From Azolla caroliniana (taxonomy: Eukaryota; Plantae; Polypodiophyta), in contig JBHGNT010000011.1 in the NCBI GenBank assembly GCA_043228905.1, positions 11,036,001 through 11,100,000 on the forward strand: DNA of 64,000 nucleotides. The letters are read 5' to 3'. Below are positions 60,841 to 64,000 of the stretch, piece after piece (the first letter of the stretch is position 1; every line of letters starts with the position of its first letter). The translations under genes and the position numbers were made by a program. Under the pieces are notes generated by a model. That model worked only from the letters and a program-made list of their open reading frames with translations, did not search any database and was not told the DNA's origin.

Positions 60841-63800
60841 TGTTACATATTAGGAACATTGTCTACTCTCAGTCCTCCGAGGTAAACTTCAAGGTGATTG
60901 CGGTACAAGGAATAGATCTGTATGTGCGTGAAGGGAGACGACTACAACCAAATCTCACCAGTGCGTGATCTCATATACACACTTACCCTACGCTTACTAG
61001 CCCACAGTTACCAACAAAGTACTACACTAAATCAGTAGATGACTTGCATAGACAAGGAAATCAGAGAAGATAGTATTGTATTACAGAAGGTAGCTCTCAA
61101 AATACACGCTCCGTTTTATAGAGGATTTCCGCCCTTTATATACACAAGTTTTTTAGTCTGTTACGCTCCTTGTGTGAGCCGTTACATGCGTTTCTTTAAC
61201 GCTTCTAATAATATTCTATTCGTTTAAGCGTTGGGTCCGGTGGTTACCATTCCGGTGGACAACACCTGACACGCATGTGGGACAGTGCCATGGCATGTCG
61301 GACCCATCCCTCTACTCGTCGTTCAAAATGTCCAGGATGTTCGGCTCCGTCCGTATGACATGGTTCGGAGATGACGTGACGTCCGTAGGCGCTTCGTTGT
61401 TTTGCTCGACCGGCTCATCTAATTGTGTGTCGTCCACTTCACCGCGCTCGGCCGGTGTGTGAGTTCCCATGTTATCATCTTTACTCTGCATGATCAAGGA
61501 CGGCTCAATTGGTTTTATGTCCGGATCATTCCTCCGAGGTTCTGGCGTTGGCTCTTTAGTTTGTGGACAAGCGGTTGGGCGGGGCTCATCCCTATCCGTA
61601 TCTTTCGTAGCGTTGACATGCGTAGTGGTCACCTCCAATGGGTTATTCGAATTAGGTTGAGGCTCATCGTGTTCGGCGGAATCGTTGTCTGGTACCGCAA
61701 TTGTCTTCGTCCTTTGTTGTTCGTTGTTGATCTCTATAAGCCGGTAGAAAATATCTTCTTGACTTTCCCCGAAATCTTCCACTAGCTGCGTGAGTTCTTC
61801 GGAGTGTTAGTCCGCTAGCGTGCGATAGTCCTACGCAAGGTCCTCGCGTACTGCCACAATGCTGTCCTCATTGATCTTGTAGAAGCCTCTGCCTTCTTTT
61901 CGTTGGTTTTCCCAATCTGCCTGGTAGGTGTGCAATTCTGGTGCTTGTGTTGCCCACACCCTCCATCCTTTCTCCAACGCCACTTTCAACTGTGCCATAA
62001 ACCGCTTACGATTTGTTTGAAGAAGAACGCGTACATTGTCCGTTATCGTTTGGGAGCGGGTTTGCACTTCATCCAAAGCTTTCTTGAGGTTTTCGATTTT
62101 ACGCTTATTGGCCGTAGCCACTTCCTCGTAGAGGCTCTTCATCTTTCTCCATATCTGGGATTCTTTCAAGTGTAGTTCCTTGAGCCGGCCCATTTCATTG
62201 TTCAGGCGGACTTCTACCTGATGCTTCAATTCCCGTTCCCGCTCGAGTTGTTCGTCGTACCATGCTTTCTTCTTTTCCAATAACTCTCGGAGTCCCGTGA
62301 TAACAACTTCTATCTTTTGGGCTTCCTCACACAGCTTTCTATTCTCTTCTTTTGTGCTGGTATGCGCTGTTGTCTCCGCCTCGAGCTTATCCTCTAGTGC
62401 TTTCGCCGCCCTTCGTCCTTTTGCCCAGATATCCTTTGCTCTATCTGATAATTAGCGAAGTTCCGTGCGGAGGTGGTCAATCTCAAACTTAGCTAACTGC
62501 GTAGCTCTTTTTGCTTTTGTGGCAATGGCGGTTTGTGCTTCGACCTCCTCTCATAAAGTCGTCAATGTGTGATCACTGGATGTCAATCCGGGGTTTTGTT
62601 GCGCCATAGTTGTGTTGCGTTCTAATTCCGCAATGCGCTCTTGGGCCTTCTGTAGTTGGGCTTGAGTCAGCTTGACTGTTTTCCAGACATTTTTATTTTT
62701 GATAGCCATATCTTTGGTGCCCATACTGAGTTTAGCCAACTCCCTATGTACTTCGACGAGGGCCGTATTCAATGGGGTTAATTCAATGCCCATGTGGTGA
62801 ATCCCTGCGTTCCGCTGCCTGCCTATCTTGGCGAGGGGTTCCTCATCTTCGCTTTCCTCCATTCTCATCAACGCATGCTCAATCATTTGTTGTTCCGCGT
62901 GCTCCTCGGCCATTCTCTGGGACACCTTGATCTGTTGTGTCGCCAAAAATTCCATGAGTTCGTAAGTCGTTCCAAACTGTAACAGTGCCCCAAACTCATG
63001 GGTCGTATCCAGGATGTTTGGATACCTGAGGACTTTGCTTTCCATTGTGAGCACTCCTTTGCCACGCTGCGACTGAGCCATAATGATCGGTTGTGGTTCC
63101 CGGATTATCTCCAATGTAGTTATGGGCTCCGTAGGGACAGAAGCGTCGACTGGTGCGGTTGTGTCTTTGACCATCCGCGGCCATCCTTCCGATCTAATCT
63201 TCGTCGTTTTGGCCTGGGGCTTTCGCGGTTTTGTTTCGTTTCTTGCTCATTCGTTGTTGTTGGTGCTTCAATTGTCTTTGTTGGTTGTTCCGGCTGCATC
63301 GGTTGTGCTACGGGGTGGGAAGGTTGTGGTTCCTCTTCCCATTCTGTGGTTGCCAATTCCGATAACCACCATTTCGCAGATCGTGGCGGAGGCGTAGGTT
63401 TACTGGACGATGGGGCGGGCAGACCATGAGGTGGAAACAGTATCGTAAGGTTTTGTTGTATAATCGGCCTTAGCCTTTTGCCGGCCTAGTATGCTTGCAT
63501 GCCCTCTCTTAGCGTTGGTCCCGTAATCACTCCCCAATCTACCGCGCGCCCTTCAAATATATCAATGATGATGCATGCCTTCTGTTCAAGGTCACCTTGA
63601 AGAAACGCATTCTTCACGTTGTCGCATTGCTACGCGCGTGCGTGGAGAAGGGCGGGACCACGGGGGTCTTGGACTAAGGAGTAGAGGAGAAGGAATCGAA
63701 CATGGAATGGAAGCTTTGCTCAAGAAGAAGAAGAATGAACAAGAGATTAGATTGAACAAGAGGAAGATGGAGACAAGATGATCAACAAGATGTATTAAAA

Positions 63801-64000
63801 CGAAATGAACAATTACAAAATGGTGGCCACATGGGCCGTACCAAACGACTACTCGAAAACCCTAACCGACGAAGATGAAGATAAAGATAAAGAAACCCTA
63901 ACCCTAACCATAACGCTCGACCTATGTGGTATACCTCGCACACTCAAAATAGGCAACCCCCACAATGGTGCCTTCCCTCTCCTTTTATAGCACAAGGAGG
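60841..64000 (+). mobile_element. Tat-like gypsy element: 5' LTR (60841-61264), PBS-like site and long antisense ORF; runs off window end
   Basis: TGTT...AACA LTR followed by TGACACGCATGTGGGAC (resembles the Tat tRNA-Arg PBS TGGCACGCCCAGTGGGAC); three minus-strand ORFs in one frame. Confidence 0.65.
61312..63580 (-). pseudogene. Decayed coiled-coil-rich extra ORF of the Tat-like element
   Basis: ORFs 61312-61782, 61831-62280 and 62551-63174 share one frame separated by stops; upstream IDIFEGRAVDWG segment; homologous remnants at 44692-45490 and 46681-46990. Confidence 0.7.

Overview
Eukaryotic, land-plant-type genomic DNA. The TE complement and gene style suggest a fern or other non-seed plant, but this is an inference. 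The window holds one long host gene: a spliced class XI myosin on the + strand. I traced 38 coding exons from 20693 to the stop at 41150 (about 1,790 aa); the start-codon exon was not located with certainty. The motor is XI-I-like with intact P-loop and switch motifs. The neck/stalk is unusual: only 4 complete IQ motifs are recognisable, followed by about 17 tandem copies of an 18-residue (54-bp) coiled-coil unit. Both flanks (1-6.7 kb and 42-64 kb) are stacks of nested, decayed Ty1/copia and Ty3/gypsy elements, solo LTRs, LINE fragments and one 3.9-kb TIR element filled with palindromes. A recurring theme is tRNA-like Pol III A/B-box modules inside LTRs and in a tandem mini-LTR array. One chromovirus-like element also shows a Tf1-type self-priming configuration. 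All coordinates and translations were read by eye; no database searches were run.
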